Shown here: positions 9,110 through 19,025 of the stretch, one piece after another
Position numbering within the stretch: the first letter of the stretch is position 1
How the letters are laid out: each line of letters starts with the position of its first letter
From: Bdellovibrionota bacterium
GTDB lineage: Bacteria; Bdellovibrionota_C; UBA2361; JBIKUX01
Direction of reading: 5' to 3'
Assembly (NCBI GenBank): GCA_044347345.1
Contig: JBIKUX010000006.1
Coordinates: forward strand, 32,001-96,000
Length of the DNA stretch: 64,000 bases
The notes under the pieces: model-generated
What the model saw: only the letters and a program-made list of their open reading frames with translations
Told to the model about the DNA's origin: nothing
The model's database searches: none
Program-made: the position numbers and the translations under genes

Positions 9110-9913
9110 TTAAGATAGGGCACCGGTGCTAAATAACTGAATCGCTGAGTCAAGAGAAAGTAAGGAGATTCTGTTTGAATTTTGTAGTTTTTGTCTATCA
9201 GAATTTGTTATATAACCCCATTCAGCTAAAAGTAGCTTTACTGAATCTAGCTCATTTGAGCCCTCAACTCCGAGCAAAGTCTCTAATCGATCTTCAATAA
9301 ATATAACGCTGTGCGAAGAATTATTTAACAACATCTTAAGATATTCTTTCTTGTCACCATCTTCACCAGCATAAAGTAGATTATCGCTCCATGATAAGCC
9401 ATTGTAGCTGAGTAGGAGCTTAACGAATCTACGCGGTTTTTTTGTTACAATATGAAGAGTGTGATTATTATTAGCTTGTCCTTCCGCTAAAGCAGTTGTG
9501 ATACCAGGAAAAAATGGATTAGATTTTTGCCACTCTTTTGTACTCCTAGCTATTAATTCGTCTCTGGTTTCACCGATGATTAATAACGCATCTTCTCGTG
9601 AAAATGGCACCTTATTTTCATTTTCAAGATTTTCTCGAAACTTATGAAAATCTTCGTTTGATGGAATACAATTGATTAGTTCCTTATTCCGTAAAGATTC
9701 GTTAACAAAATAAGCTAGTAGGATTAGTTCATAGCAATCATGAATAACCGGACGCCATAGTCGATAGGTTTCATAAAAATCAGACGAAGGGGATTCTGAA
9801 AAAATATTGGGCCATATTTTTCTACTAGTTTCCCAAGCTGCTAAACTGGCCTCATTTGCGGAATCGCATATGACTCCGTCGAAATCTATGGCTATATGAC
9901 AATGTGTTCTCAT
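9110..9913 (-). CDS. HAD-family hydrolase
   Basis: IAIDFDGVICDS (motif I), IVTKK, FIEDRLETL, LLAEWGY. Confidence 0.88.
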   Translation of the reverse strand: MRTHCHIAIDFDGVICDSANEASLAAWETSRKIWPNIFSESPSSDFYETYRLWRPVIHDCYELILLAYFVNESLRNKELINCIPSNEDFHKFRENLENENKVPFSREDALLIIGETRDELIARSTKEWQKSNPFFPGITTALAEGQANNNHTLHIVTKKPRRFVKLLLSYNGLSWSDNLLYAGEDGDKKEYLKMLLNNSSHSVIFIEDRLETLLGVEGSNELDSVKLLLAEWGYITNSDRQKLQNSNRISLLSLDSAIQLFSTGALS

Positions 9914-9924
9914 TGAAAATTAGA

Positions 9925-10575
9925 CTATGCTTTTTTGATACCTTGAATCTCTAATTCGATTGTTATCTCATCACCTACCACCAATGCTCCAGTTTCAATG
10001 AGTTTACTCCACGTAAGACCATAATCCTTTCGGTTAATTTTTGTTGTACCTAAGAATGCTACTCGATCTTTACCGAATAAATCTTTTGCAGATCCTAAAT
10101 ATTCAACCGATAACGAAACAGGGCGAGTTACATCACGGATGGTAAGGTCACCGTTAACAATAAAATTTTTGTCATCTTTAACACTAACACTTTTGCTGAC
10201 AAACTTAATAAAGGGAAACTTGGCTTCGCTGAAGAAGTCATCACTTTTGAGATGGTTGTCTCTTTTTTCCTGAGAAGTATTGATACTTTTGACCTTAAGC
10301 GAAGCTGAAGTTGTTGATGCCGGAATATTTTTCGGATCAAAAGTAATTGAACCAGAGAAATCGCTGAACTGTCCGGCAACATTTGAAATACCGAGGTGCT
10401 TTACTTTGAATCCTACTCGACTATGAGTTCCGTCTATTTCAAATTCTTCACTAAAACTTGGCGACGTCACCATCACTACAGTTATAGCGAGAACACTTAT
10501 AGTGCTAATACGAAAAAAATTAACAACAGACCTAGCATATTTGAGGGAGTGGGTCATATTCATATGCGTTCTCAC
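9925..10575 (-). CDS. yceI: YceI-family periplasmic lipid/isoprenoid-binding protein
   Basis: IDGTHSRVGFKVKHLGISNVAGQF, RDNHLKSDDFF, GDLTIRDVT, INRKDYGLTW; signal peptide. Confidence 0.92.
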   Translation of the reverse strand: MRTHMNMTHSLKYARSVVNFFRISTISVLAITVVMVTSPSFSEEFEIDGTHSRVGFKVKHLGISNVAGQFSDFSGSITFDPKNIPASTTSASLKVKSINTSQEKRDNHLKSDDFFSEAKFPFIKFVSKSVSVKDDKNFIVNGDLTIRDVTRPVSLSVEYLGSAKDLFGKDRVAFLGTTKINRKDYGLTWSKLIETGALVVGDEITIELEIQGIKKA

Positions 10576-10666
10576 CGAGAATTAAAAGTATGATTGCGAT
10601 TTGTTAGATTAGTCACTTAGAAGCTGATATGGCAACAAGAAAGAATAATTTTTTTGTTCCTAAGCT

Positions 10667-11809
10667 CTATGAAGTTAATGCTTCTTTGTAAAGAGAATCA
10701 TAGTTAGCGGCACATTCAGAAATATAAGTTGGTTTTGGAACTTCAAAAGAGCGCCAAGAATCATTTTCTAAAAACCACCTTAGAGTCTCACTTATACATT
10801 GAATATCACCCGCCCGAAATTTTTTGCCATTTATGCCGTCATGTACTCTACTTCCAAGGGCGCCGATATCAGATACTGCTGCTATTTTTTGACCCGCCCA
10901 AATTTCTGATAGCACTATGCAAAAAGTTTCTGGGAAAATACTTGGAATTACCGCTACATCAAACATTGATAAAATTACTGAAAGATCTGCCTCATCAAAT
11001 GCGCCGTGATAAAAAATCCGTTCTGTTGACTTAGGCAACTCTTGTGCTCCTCCAAATAAATGAAGCTCAGTATTGGGGTAGTCTCGTTGTAATATGTTAA
11101 AGCCAGCAACAAGGCTTTGCCATCCTTTCTGGGGAATAAGAGCACCTAAATAGCCAAAGCGAAAATTAGTCCACTTGTTTTTTGGGACAACACATTTAAA
11201 AGGATTAATTCCGTAGGGGATAATCTGAAAGGTATTATTAAAAACGACCGACAGCTTTGAAGCTAAAAATTCTGATGGTACAACCGCGTAGTTTGTACTT
11301 TCAATTGATTCAGTCAAAACGGCGCGACGGTCTATTAAATATTTTGAAATATCATTATTAAACCAAGTTAAGGCGTATTCTGGCGATACAACCTTCAAAG
11401 GGTCATCTTCTCCTTGTAGCGTCCATAATGGAGTGAGTGCAAAGTAGTCGTGAAAACTAATCACAGTTTTAATACCACTTAAGCGAGCTTGTTCAATCAC
11501 ACCAAGATGCCAACCTAAAAAATGCATAATATGGATAAGGTCGGGTTTGACTATATCTAGTATTTTTTTGAGAGAAGCCGATATGTGAGGGGCATTATAT
11601 GGGGCTAAAATACTGAGAGATTCGGATGGGAAGCTTGTGTGATGACCTTGAGGACTTCTTAAGTATAGCTGACCTTGTGCCGGATAAGTAATCCAAAACT
11701 GATATTTGGTGCTTAAATACGCACTTAAAGTTCTAACATGCCCTTCTACCCCTGCCCGATTATATAGTGAGTGTGTAATTATCAGTATGCGCGGAGAAGT
11801 CTGACTCAT
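10667..11809 (-). CDS. Glycosyltransferase family 4
   Basis: AGVEGHV, FHDYF, GALIPQKG, PSIFPETFCIVLSE, SDIGAL. Confidence 0.88.
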   Translation of the reverse strand: MSQTSPRILIITHSLYNRAGVEGHVRTLSAYLSTKYQFWITYPAQGQLYLRSPQGHHTSFPSESLSILAPYNAPHISASLKKILDIVKPDLIHIMHFLGWHLGVIEQARLSGIKTVISFHDYFALTPLWTLQGEDDPLKVVSPEYALTWFNNDISKYLIDRRAVLTESIESTNYAVVPSEFLASKLSVVFNNTFQIIPYGINPFKCVVPKNKWTNFRFGYLGALIPQKGWQSLVAGFNILQRDYPNTELHLFGGAQELPKSTERIFYHGAFDEADLSVILSMFDVAVIPSIFPETFCIVLSEIWAGQKIAAVSDIGALGSRVHDGINGKKFRAGDIQCISETLRWFLENDSWRSFEVPKPTYISECAANYDSLYKEALTS

Positions 11810-11864
11810 AAGCTAAGTATTTTAATGTAATACTTACAAATAACTTTTTTCTTGAATTTACACT

Positions 11865-12926
11865 ATGAACATTTTTTTTCTTGCAGGGAAGTGTTTGCCT
11901 ATTCATGCTTATTCCTTAGATGAGCGTCCGCTTGGGGGCACCGAAACATCAATAATTAGAGTCGCTGATTTTTTGCAGAAAGCTGGACATGAAGTAACGG
12001 TTTTTTCATCTCATCGTTCTCCTCCTGAGTCATCTCCAAAGTATCGCTCTGTTGCTGATATCTCTACAGCTGAGCCAGCTGATATTTTGATAGCGGTGCA
12101 AGATTGGTGGCCATTATTTTGGCCGATAAAAGCTTCCAGACGGATGTTTTGGACCGGTGATGGAGCTGAACAATATTTGACTTACGGTTTAGGTGACAAG
12201 CGCGTGCAGAAACAGATTGATCTTCTGTTAGTAGCAAGCAATTGGCACGCTCAACATCTTTGTGAGGAAAGCGGATTTCCTATTAGTCGCACCGTAAGCG
12301 TTGGATGTGGAGTCAATTTAGATTGGTTTGGTGGTGGCGAACAGCGAAATAGAAAAAGACTAATTTACACTTCTACTCCTTATCGCGGTTTGGAACTTGT
12401 TCCAAGTTTATATCTGGAATTGAAGAAAAAACATCCAGACCTTGAACTAAGAGTATTTTCTGGATTAAGCGTTTACGATACTGATACGAAGTTTAGTGGT
12501 CTAAGAAAACAGCAATTTGATGACCTTCTTCCAATTATTAAATCTCTTCCCGATTGCCAATATTTTGGAAATATTCTGCAACAAGATTTAGCTCGTGAGT
12601 TAATGCGCTCAGGTTTATACTTTTACCCTAACACTTGGCGAGAGACCGCTTGTATTTGCTGTATTGAGGCCAAGGCAGCTGGATGTCCGATAGTAACAAC
12701 AAATTACGGAGCTCTTTCAGAAACTGTGGGTAAGGGAGGAATAGTTATTGATTCACAACCTGGAACATTAGATTACAGTAGAAAATTCCTAAATGCTTGT
12801 GATCGAATAATTTGTGATGATCAACTTTTTACTCAACTCTCGAAAAATGGACGCTTGGAAGTGTCTCAAAAATTTAGTTGGGAGCATGTGGGACAAAGAT
12901 TTTTAGATTTATTAAGTGATTTTTAA
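11865..12926 (+). CDS. Glycosyltransferase family 4
   Basis: LGGTET, YTSTPYRGLE, ETACICCIEAKAAGCPIVTT, FSWEHV. Confidence 0.88.
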   Translation: MNIFFLAGKCLPIHAYSLDERPLGGTETSIIRVADFLQKAGHEVTVFSSHRSPPESSPKYRSVADISTAEPADILIAVQDWWPLFWPIKASRRMFWTGDGAEQYLTYGLGDKRVQKQIDLLLVASNWHAQHLCEESGFPISRTVSVGCGVNLDWFGGGEQRNRKRLIYTSTPYRGLELVPSLYLELKKKHPDLELRVFSGLSVYDTDTKFSGLRKQQFDDLLPIIKSLPDCQYFGNILQQDLARELMRSGLYFYPNTWRETACICCIEAKAAGCPIVTTNYGALSETVGKGGIVIDSQPGTLDYSRKFLNACDRIICDDQLFTQLSKNGRLEVSQKFSWEHVGQRFLDLLSDF

Positions 12927-13062
12927 TATTTTGAACCATTGATTGTGAATAAGATGTGGCATTATGAAACCGAGAAAGAAAGTAAAATAATGCTTGTATA
13001 CTTATTATTTAAAACATATGTAAAATGTAATCTGGTTAAAGCATGAGAACCCGAGATAAAAA

Positions 13063-14286
13063 GTGAAAACAAAGCTGTCTCTTCTTTTATTGGCCTTTAC
13101 ATTAATTATACATACAAATTTATTCGCTGAATCTGATCATTCGGTAGCCACTTCAGATACCTCAAATACTTCAGACACTTCTGATTCTATCAAGCAATCA
13201 ATGAAGACTCTTTATACTGAGTTTCGTAATCTTCATCCATTTATGGTGTCTCGAGAAAACTTTTTGATGACCAAGAATCAAAACGAAATATCAGGTATTC
13301 TTACACGTTTAAAAACAACAGTTGATTCATTGGAAAAAGTGCATCCACTTTTTAAAAGTCATCAAAATTTAGACGGAATTCTTTTGACTTTGTATGATAC
13401 TTTAGCGGACGCTGAAAGAGGTTTTAGTGAAGGTAGAAAAGGGTGGGCATTATGGCGTCTCAGGTCAGTAGCTAATGCCTGTATGACTTGTCATATTTCC
13501 TACAAAAAAGACCTCAAATTTTGTGATTCCTCAGAACCAGAATTAAATGAAAGCGATTACAGTAAAGGAGAATTTTATTTAGCTACTCGTCAGTTCGGCC
13601 GTGCAAAAGATGCTTTTATGAAAGCAGTACTTAAAGAGCCACTGCTACCTGCATCTGATTATCAACGCATTGATGCACTTCGCAAATGGTTAACTGTTTA
13701 TACTAGGGTGACAAATAGCCCAGATGAAGCTCTGAACCAGTTAAATGAAATTTCTAGAAAGGTTAAGTTTCTTGCTTTTGAATTGGAAGAGATTAGTGCA
13801 TGGGTAGAGTCATTAAAGAATTGGCAGCAAGAGAATAAGCCTAAAATTCTAGTTCCGTTAGTTCGTCAAGCTGAAAATCTGCTACGTCGAGGTCTGACTC
13901 ACGATGATCCAATATTTGCGACTCAAGTAGGTACTGTAGAGCTTCTAAGAGCGACCTCATTACTTCATGCTACTCTTGAAGAACAAAAAGCATTATCGTC
14001 AGCCGAAAGAGGACATATCTTATATTTGTTGGGCTTTGCCTATGCGCGTCTTCCACAGTTTTTTATTAATGAACTTCCTGAAATTTATCTGGAGCAAGCT
14101 ATACGAGAAAGTCCAAAATCAGATGCAGCATTGCGGGCAATTAGACTTTATACTCAATTAATTACTCAGGAGTATACGGGAAGTGGTGGGACTCATATAC
14201 CAGAAGAGATTCTTGGTAAACTCTCCGAGTTACACCGAATTGCCACTGAAGGTCGCGTTACTGAAGGAAGGCCTTCAAAAGAATAA
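13063..14286 (+). CDS. Exported monoheme c-type cytochrome with helical/TPR-like region
   Basis: Signal peptide; single CMTCH (CxxCH) after a helical N-terminal region; TPR-like HILYLLGFAY. Confidence 0.65.
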   Translation: MKTKLSLLLLAFTLIIHTNLFAESDHSVATSDTSNTSDTSDSIKQSMKTLYTEFRNLHPFMVSRENFLMTKNQNEISGILTRLKTTVDSLEKVHPLFKSHQNLDGILLTLYDTLADAERGFSEGRKGWALWRLRSVANACMTCHISYKKDLKFCDSSEPELNESDYSKGEFYLATRQFGRAKDAFMKAVLKEPLLPASDYQRIDALRKWLTVYTRVTNSPDEALNQLNEISRKVKFLAFELEEISAWVESLKNWQQENKPKILVPLVRQAENLLRRGLTHDDPIFATQVGTVELLRATSLLHATLEEQKALSSAERGHILYLLGFAYARLPQFFINELPEIYLEQAIRESPKSDAALRAIRLYTQLITQEYTGSGGTHIPEEILGKLSELHRIATEGRVTEGRPSKE

Positions 14287-14346
14287 AAGCTCTTATAGGT
14301 TAACTGTTAGGTTCAATATTTACTATAGTTAGAATATCTTGTTTTG

Positions 14347-16101
14347 TTATTCAGCTAATAAATCCAAAATTTCTAATTGTCTTGTTTCGTATTTCTCTCG
14401 GTCATCACTTAAATGTTGAAGTAGCTCAAAGTCTCCCTCTAGACCAGCTTTTTCAATGTCTTGAGTGTTATTTTTCAGGAGTTTGTCTAGGGAAGAAAAT
14501 TCAGCCTCCAATTGTTTTCGCTTTAGCGGATTAAGGCTCTTTTTTTCGTCATTTTTATCCTTTTTTTGCTTTATTGGACTATTAGATTTGGATGGGCTAA
14601 TACACTCTTGTTCGTCAGCTCCCCATCCTTTTTGCGAGAGAAATTCATCGTATGATCCTGGAAAAAATTCTGCACCGTTTGAAGTGAATACAATAAGCGA
14701 AGTGCACAGCGCACGCAGGACAGTTTCGCTGTGAGTTACTACGGCAATACCACCTGAAAAAGATTTAAGAGCATCAATTAGTGCTTCTATAGATTCCATG
14801 TCAAGATGGCTTGTCGGCTCATCTAATAGAAGCAGATTTACGGGAGTAGCTAAGATTCGACCGAGAAGAACGCGACTTTTTTCTCCACCTGAGAGTACTC
14901 CTATCTTTTTATCTCCACTGTCACCACCAAAAAGCATAGCGCCACAGATCGCTCGTATTTTGGTTCGAGAAAGCATAGGATTAGCATCCTGAATCTCCTC
15001 TTCAATACGTTTCAAGTCATTTAGACGAGAGATATTGGTTTGTCCAAAATATCCAATAGATGTAGCCTCATGAAGAGCCACTAGACCTTCTAATGGCTTT
15101 ATTTCTTGAGCTAGTAATTTAAGTAATGTTGATTTACCCCTACCATTTTTGCCAATTATTCCAATACGAGCATCTTTACTTATTGTGATGGAAAGTCCTT
15201 GTATCAGTAGAGGGCCATCAGGGTACCGGAAAGATAAATCTTTTGTACGACCGAGAGATGGTGCTGAAAAAGGCTTTTGTGAAAACATAAATGAAAGATT
15301 GTTGATAGTGCTGAGAGCCTCATGTTGCTCCATTTTCTGCAAAGCCTTAACTCTTGATTGCACAAGAGTCGCTTTTGATGCTTTTGCACGAAATCTATCA
15401 ATAAATTCTTGAATTTCTTCTCGTCTTTTTTCAGTATTAACGCGAGTTTTTTCGTATGTTTCTTCATCTTGGGCAATTAGTTTTTCCAGTTTTCTTGTTC
15501 CGCCAAGAGCCTTTCTGATTTTATACCGATGAATTCCTAAAGTATGGGTAGTAATGCTATCCATAAAGTCACGATCGTGGGAGATTAGCATAAGTTCACC
15601 CCGCCACTCATTAAGCTCTCTTTGAAGCCATCTTACAGAAATAATATCAAGGTAATTGGTTGGTTCATCTAGTAAGAGAAGATCCGGATCAGAGAGAAGA
15701 AGCTTGGCTAAATTGATGCGAATTTGCCATCCTCCAGAAAAGGTTGAGGGAGAGTTTAAAAGAGAATCTTGCTCAAACCCTAACCCCATAAGTATTCGCT
15801 CGGCACGCCAAGATGAATCACTCCTTTGAGATTCAGGTAATCCCAAACATGCTTCAGCAAGCACAGAATCTTCGGTAAATATAAGAGTTTGAGGAAGGTG
15901 ACCAATTCGGTAGCCACGGGGAATATTTATCTTTCCATCATCTGGCTCCTCTTGCCCAAGTAAAAGCCGAAAAAGGGTTGATTTGCCATGCCCGTTACGA
16001 CCGATAACACCTACCCGTTCTCGACGCTCTAGCGAAAAGCTTGCATCATTGAAGAGTAAATTTGTACCGTACGATTTTGAAATACTCGCTACTTGAATCA
16101 T
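14347..16101 (-). CDS. ABC-F family ATPase
   Basis: Two NBDs (GRNGHGKST/FSGGW/LLLDEPTN; GKNGRGKST/LSGGEK/LLLDEPTS); no TM segments. Confidence 0.93.
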   Translation of the reverse strand: MIQVASISKSYGTNLLFNDASFSLERRERVGVIGRNGHGKSTLFRLLLGQEEPDDGKINIPRGYRIGHLPQTLIFTEDSVLAEACLGLPESQRSDSSWRAERILMGLGFEQDSLLNSPSTFSGGWQIRINLAKLLLSDPDLLLLDEPTNYLDIISVRWLQRELNEWRGELMLISHDRDFMDSITTHTLGIHRYKIRKALGGTRKLEKLIAQDEETYEKTRVNTEKRREEIQEFIDRFRAKASKATLVQSRVKALQKMEQHEALSTINNLSFMFSQKPFSAPSLGRTKDLSFRYPDGPLLIQGLSITISKDARIGIIGKNGRGKSTLLKLLAQEIKPLEGLVALHEATSIGYFGQTNISRLNDLKRIEEEIQDANPMLSRTKIRAICGAMLFGGDSGDKKIGVLSGGEKSRVLLGRILATPVNLLLLDEPTSHLDMESIEALIDALKSFSGGIAVVTHSETVLRALCTSLIVFTSNGAEFFPGSYDEFLSQKGWGADEQECISPSKSNSPIKQKKDKNDEKKSLNPLKRKQLEAEFSSLDKLLKNNTQDIEKAGLEGDFELLQHLSDDREKYETRQLEILDLLAE

Positions 16102-16139
16102 ATACAATCGCCTATCCGTTTCATATCAACAATGCCGTC

Positions 16140-16964
16140 ATGAGCTATATACTTTCAAGTCTATCTGCTGTTTTTATCGGAATGGCTATGGGTTTTATGG
16201 GTGGAGGTGGTGGAATATTAACAGTGCCTCTTCTTCGGTTTGGTTTTGACCATCATGAAAAAGTAGCTATTGCTGAATCATTAGTAATGGTTAGCCTTGT
16301 AGGAGTGGTAACAACCTTAAGTATCCTACGAGAGGGAATAATTTGGTGGCGTGGTGTTGCATTGCTTGCTATTACTGGCTCCATAGGCTCATTTGTCGGC
16401 AGTTACATATCTTTTTTCGTCACAGGATATACGCAGCTTTTTTGGTTATCCCTGATAATGCTAGTAGCTTCAGGATTAATGTTTAGACCGAATTATTCAG
16501 AGATTAATGATGCACAGTCAGTGGAAAAATCATTAAACGATAATTTGATGTCCGGTTTAACACTCAGGAGTAAGTTATGCGGACTGATAGCTGGATTTAT
16601 GTGTGGCATTCTGACTGGTTTTTTGGGGGTTGGAGGAGGATTTTTACTAGTCCCAGTTTTATACGCTATATTTATAGTGCCCATGCCGGTTGCAGTTGCT
16701 ACTAGCTTAGCTATTTTATCTTTTAACGCTTCAGTAGGACTTGTTTATCATCTTCCAAAGCTTGTAGAAGAAAAATTGCAAATTGATGTTTTCTTCATTT
16801 TATCTTTTGTAATTGCTGGTCAAGGAGGGGGATATATTGGCCGGATTTTGGCCAAAAGGGTGTCTCCCCGACTAACTAGACTAATTTTTGCTACCTTTCT
16901 TCTATTTTCCGCTATTGGGGTATTTACTGCGATAAACTTACCGCAGTTACCTCTTCCCGAATAA
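16140..16964 (+). CDS. TauE/SafE (TSUP) family exporter
   Basis: Twin motifs GFMGGGGGILTVP and GFLGVGGGFLLVP; multiple TM helices. Confidence 0.9.
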   Translation: MSYILSSLSAVFIGMAMGFMGGGGGILTVPLLRFGFDHHEKVAIAESLVMVSLVGVVTTLSILREGIIWWRGVALLAITGSIGSFVGSYISFFVTGYTQLFWLSLIMLVASGLMFRPNYSEINDAQSVEKSLNDNLMSGLTLRSKLCGLIAGFMCGILTGFLGVGGGFLLVPVLYAIFIVPMPVAVATSLAILSFNASVGLVYHLPKLVEEKLQIDVFFILSFVIAGQGGGYIGRILAKRVSPRLTRLIFATFLLFSAIGVFTAINLPQLPLPE

Positions 16965-17040
16965 AAAAAAAAGGCACAGTATAGAACTTTCTCTAAACAG
17001 AGAAATTTGTAAAAAATATGTTTGTTCTGCTGGAGTATAT

Positions 17041-17880
17041 ATGTCTAAAGACCGTGATCGTCGGTTCGGATGCTCAAAATTTTATCTATTTCCTGCATGG
17101 GCTACCCTAAGCTTGTTAGGCTTGTTTAGTAGTGCCTGCACTCAGGAAAAAGAGTCTACGTCATCATCAGCATTGCCGACTCAAAGTATTGAGAGTAAGC
17201 CCGCTGATAGTAAACCCTCTAATACTAAGGGGGATAACGAGGGTAGTGTCATGGATTCTAAAAAAATAAGTTATATAATTGGACATAATATCGGTAAAAG
17301 TCTCTTATCTGATGGTGTTAGTGTAGAGAGACAATCTTTGCTTGAAGGGTTGAGCCAGGCTCTTGAGGGTAAAAATTCGCAATTTTCAGAGCAAGAGGCC
17401 ACTCAAGCGCTACAACAACTGCAAAGAGAAGTTATGATGAAGCGTCAAGAAGCTTCAAAAGTACAAGGTAAAAAGAATGAAGAAGATGGCAAAGCGTTTT
17501 TAGCTCAGAACAAAAGTTTAGAGGGATGGATAGAGCTTCCAAGCGGCTTACAATACAAAATTGTAAAAGAAGGTTCGGGAATTAGTCCAAAATTAGAGGA
17601 TACAGTTGTGGCGCATTACACTGGAACTCTTATAAATGGCACTAAGTTTGATAGTTCTCGTGATCGTGGCCAACCAGCTGAATTTCAATTAAGTGGTTTG
17701 ATTAAAGGGTGGCAAGAGGCTTTGCAGATGATGAAGCCTGGTTCCAGATGGGAACTCGTAGTACCTTCTGACTTAGCTTATGGATCTCACGGTGCTGGCC
17801 CAGGTAGCCCCATTGGTCCTAATGAAACTCTTAAATTCGATATTGAATTAGTCCAAGTGAAGAGCTCATCTACTAAGTAG
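17041..17880 (+). CDS. fkpA: FKBP-type peptidyl-prolyl isomerase (FkpA/Mip-like), probable lipoprotein
   Basis: KISYIIG, LPSGLQYK, HYTGTLINGTKFDSS, LIKGWQEAL, LAYG; FSSAC lipobox-like. Confidence 0.92.
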   Translation: MSKDRDRRFGCSKFYLFPAWATLSLLGLFSSACTQEKESTSSSALPTQSIESKPADSKPSNTKGDNEGSVMDSKKISYIIGHNIGKSLLSDGVSVERQSLLEGLSQALEGKNSQFSEQEATQALQQLQREVMMKRQEASKVQGKKNEEDGKAFLAQNKSLEGWIELPSGLQYKIVKEGSGISPKLEDTVVAHYTGTLINGTKFDSSRDRGQPAEFQLSGLIKGWQEALQMMKPGSRWELVVPSDLAYGSHGAGPGSPIGPNETLKFDIELVQVKSSSTK

Positions 17881-18955
17881 TAAGTAAAGATTTGTTTAGC
17901 CCACCATCCAGAAGTGAAAGAAAGTGGTTTTCATCAGCGATTAAGGTAGTCTGTACAGTTACCACTATAAAACACTCTCTGAGATGGTGATTAAGAGGTA
18001 TTATTTCATTAATTTTTATAGCGTCCTTTGCAGTTGTAATAATTAGAGCATTATTTGGTAATTTATCTGCATACTGCGTTAGGTCTGATAGTGAATAACG
18101 TGCATGATCTTTGGCTAAAAATTGATGTGAAATTTTCAAGCCAGTTGATTTTACAGTTTGAATAAAACCATTGGGATTAGCTATCCCACACAAAATAGCT
18201 ACTTCGTTCTTTATTTCTTCTTTCTTTATTAAAGTACCATCAAGTCGTTTGAGTATGGGAGGTGTAAGAGCCGTTTCAAAAAACGGAATTTTTTTTGGCA
18301 GAATAGCTACTAGATCATCTGGAATTGATTGAATATTAGAAATAACCTTTCGATGAGACAATATAATGGCTGAGGCTCTTTGCAGACCCTTATCTCTATC
18401 TTCTCGAAAAAAGCCTGCTGGTAAAAGCTTACCCTTTAAAAAATTATCAATTGCCTCTGAAGTACTTACATCGACCGTGATAAAATTTAAATCTCGGTGT
18501 ATGTATCTGTGCTGTAATCCGTCATCTAACAGTATGACGTTAATTTCAGGGTGATACTGTAGCAAAAGCTTTACTCCGTCACTTCTCTTTGGTGATACAA
18601 CTATGGGAACGTGAAGTGTTTCTGATAGTAACTTTGGTTCATCGCCGACTACATTGCTTAATGTATCACTGTCAACAAATGTTGGCTTAGTAGCTGAACC
18701 ACCGTAACCACGTGAAATAATCCCAACCTTATAGCCTTGCTGAGTAAGAGTATTGCAGAGATAAATAATAAAAGGAGTTTTTCCAGTCCCTCCAACAGTA
18801 AGATTACCCACGCTTATCACACTAACCGGAGCGTGATATTGTTTAATTATATTTTGGTCGAAAAGAGTATTCCGAATGGAAGTTATTTGCCCATAAAAAT
18901 AACTTAATGGATTAATAATCAGATTAGGTACCGACATATTCATATTCATATTCAC
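17873..18955 (-). CDS. lpxK: Tetraacyldisaccharide 4'-kinase
   Basis: VISVGNLTVGGTGKTP, SRGYG, GDEP, LDDGLQH, GIANP, ITTAKDAIK. Confidence 0.95.
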   Translation of the reverse strand: MNMNMNMSVPNLIINPLSYFYGQITSIRNTLFDQNIIKQYHAPVSVISVGNLTVGGTGKTPFIIYLCNTLTQQGYKVGIISRGYGGSATKPTFVDSDTLSNVVGDEPKLLSETLHVPIVVSPKRSDGVKLLLQYHPEINVILLDDGLQHRYIHRDLNFITVDVSTSEAIDNFLKGKLLPAGFFREDRDKGLQRASAIILSHRKVISNIQSIPDDLVAILPKKIPFFETALTPPILKRLDGTLIKKEEIKNEVAILCGIANPNGFIQTVKSTGLKISHQFLAKDHARYSLSDLTQYADKLPNNALIITTAKDAIKINEIIPLNHHLRECFIVVTVQTTLIADENHFLSLLDGGLNKSLLTT

Positions 18956-19025
18956 GATTAAATATTCTATTTATCGGGATAGCACTTTAAAGAATATCAA
19001 TAATTATTGATCCCTAATGCATTTT

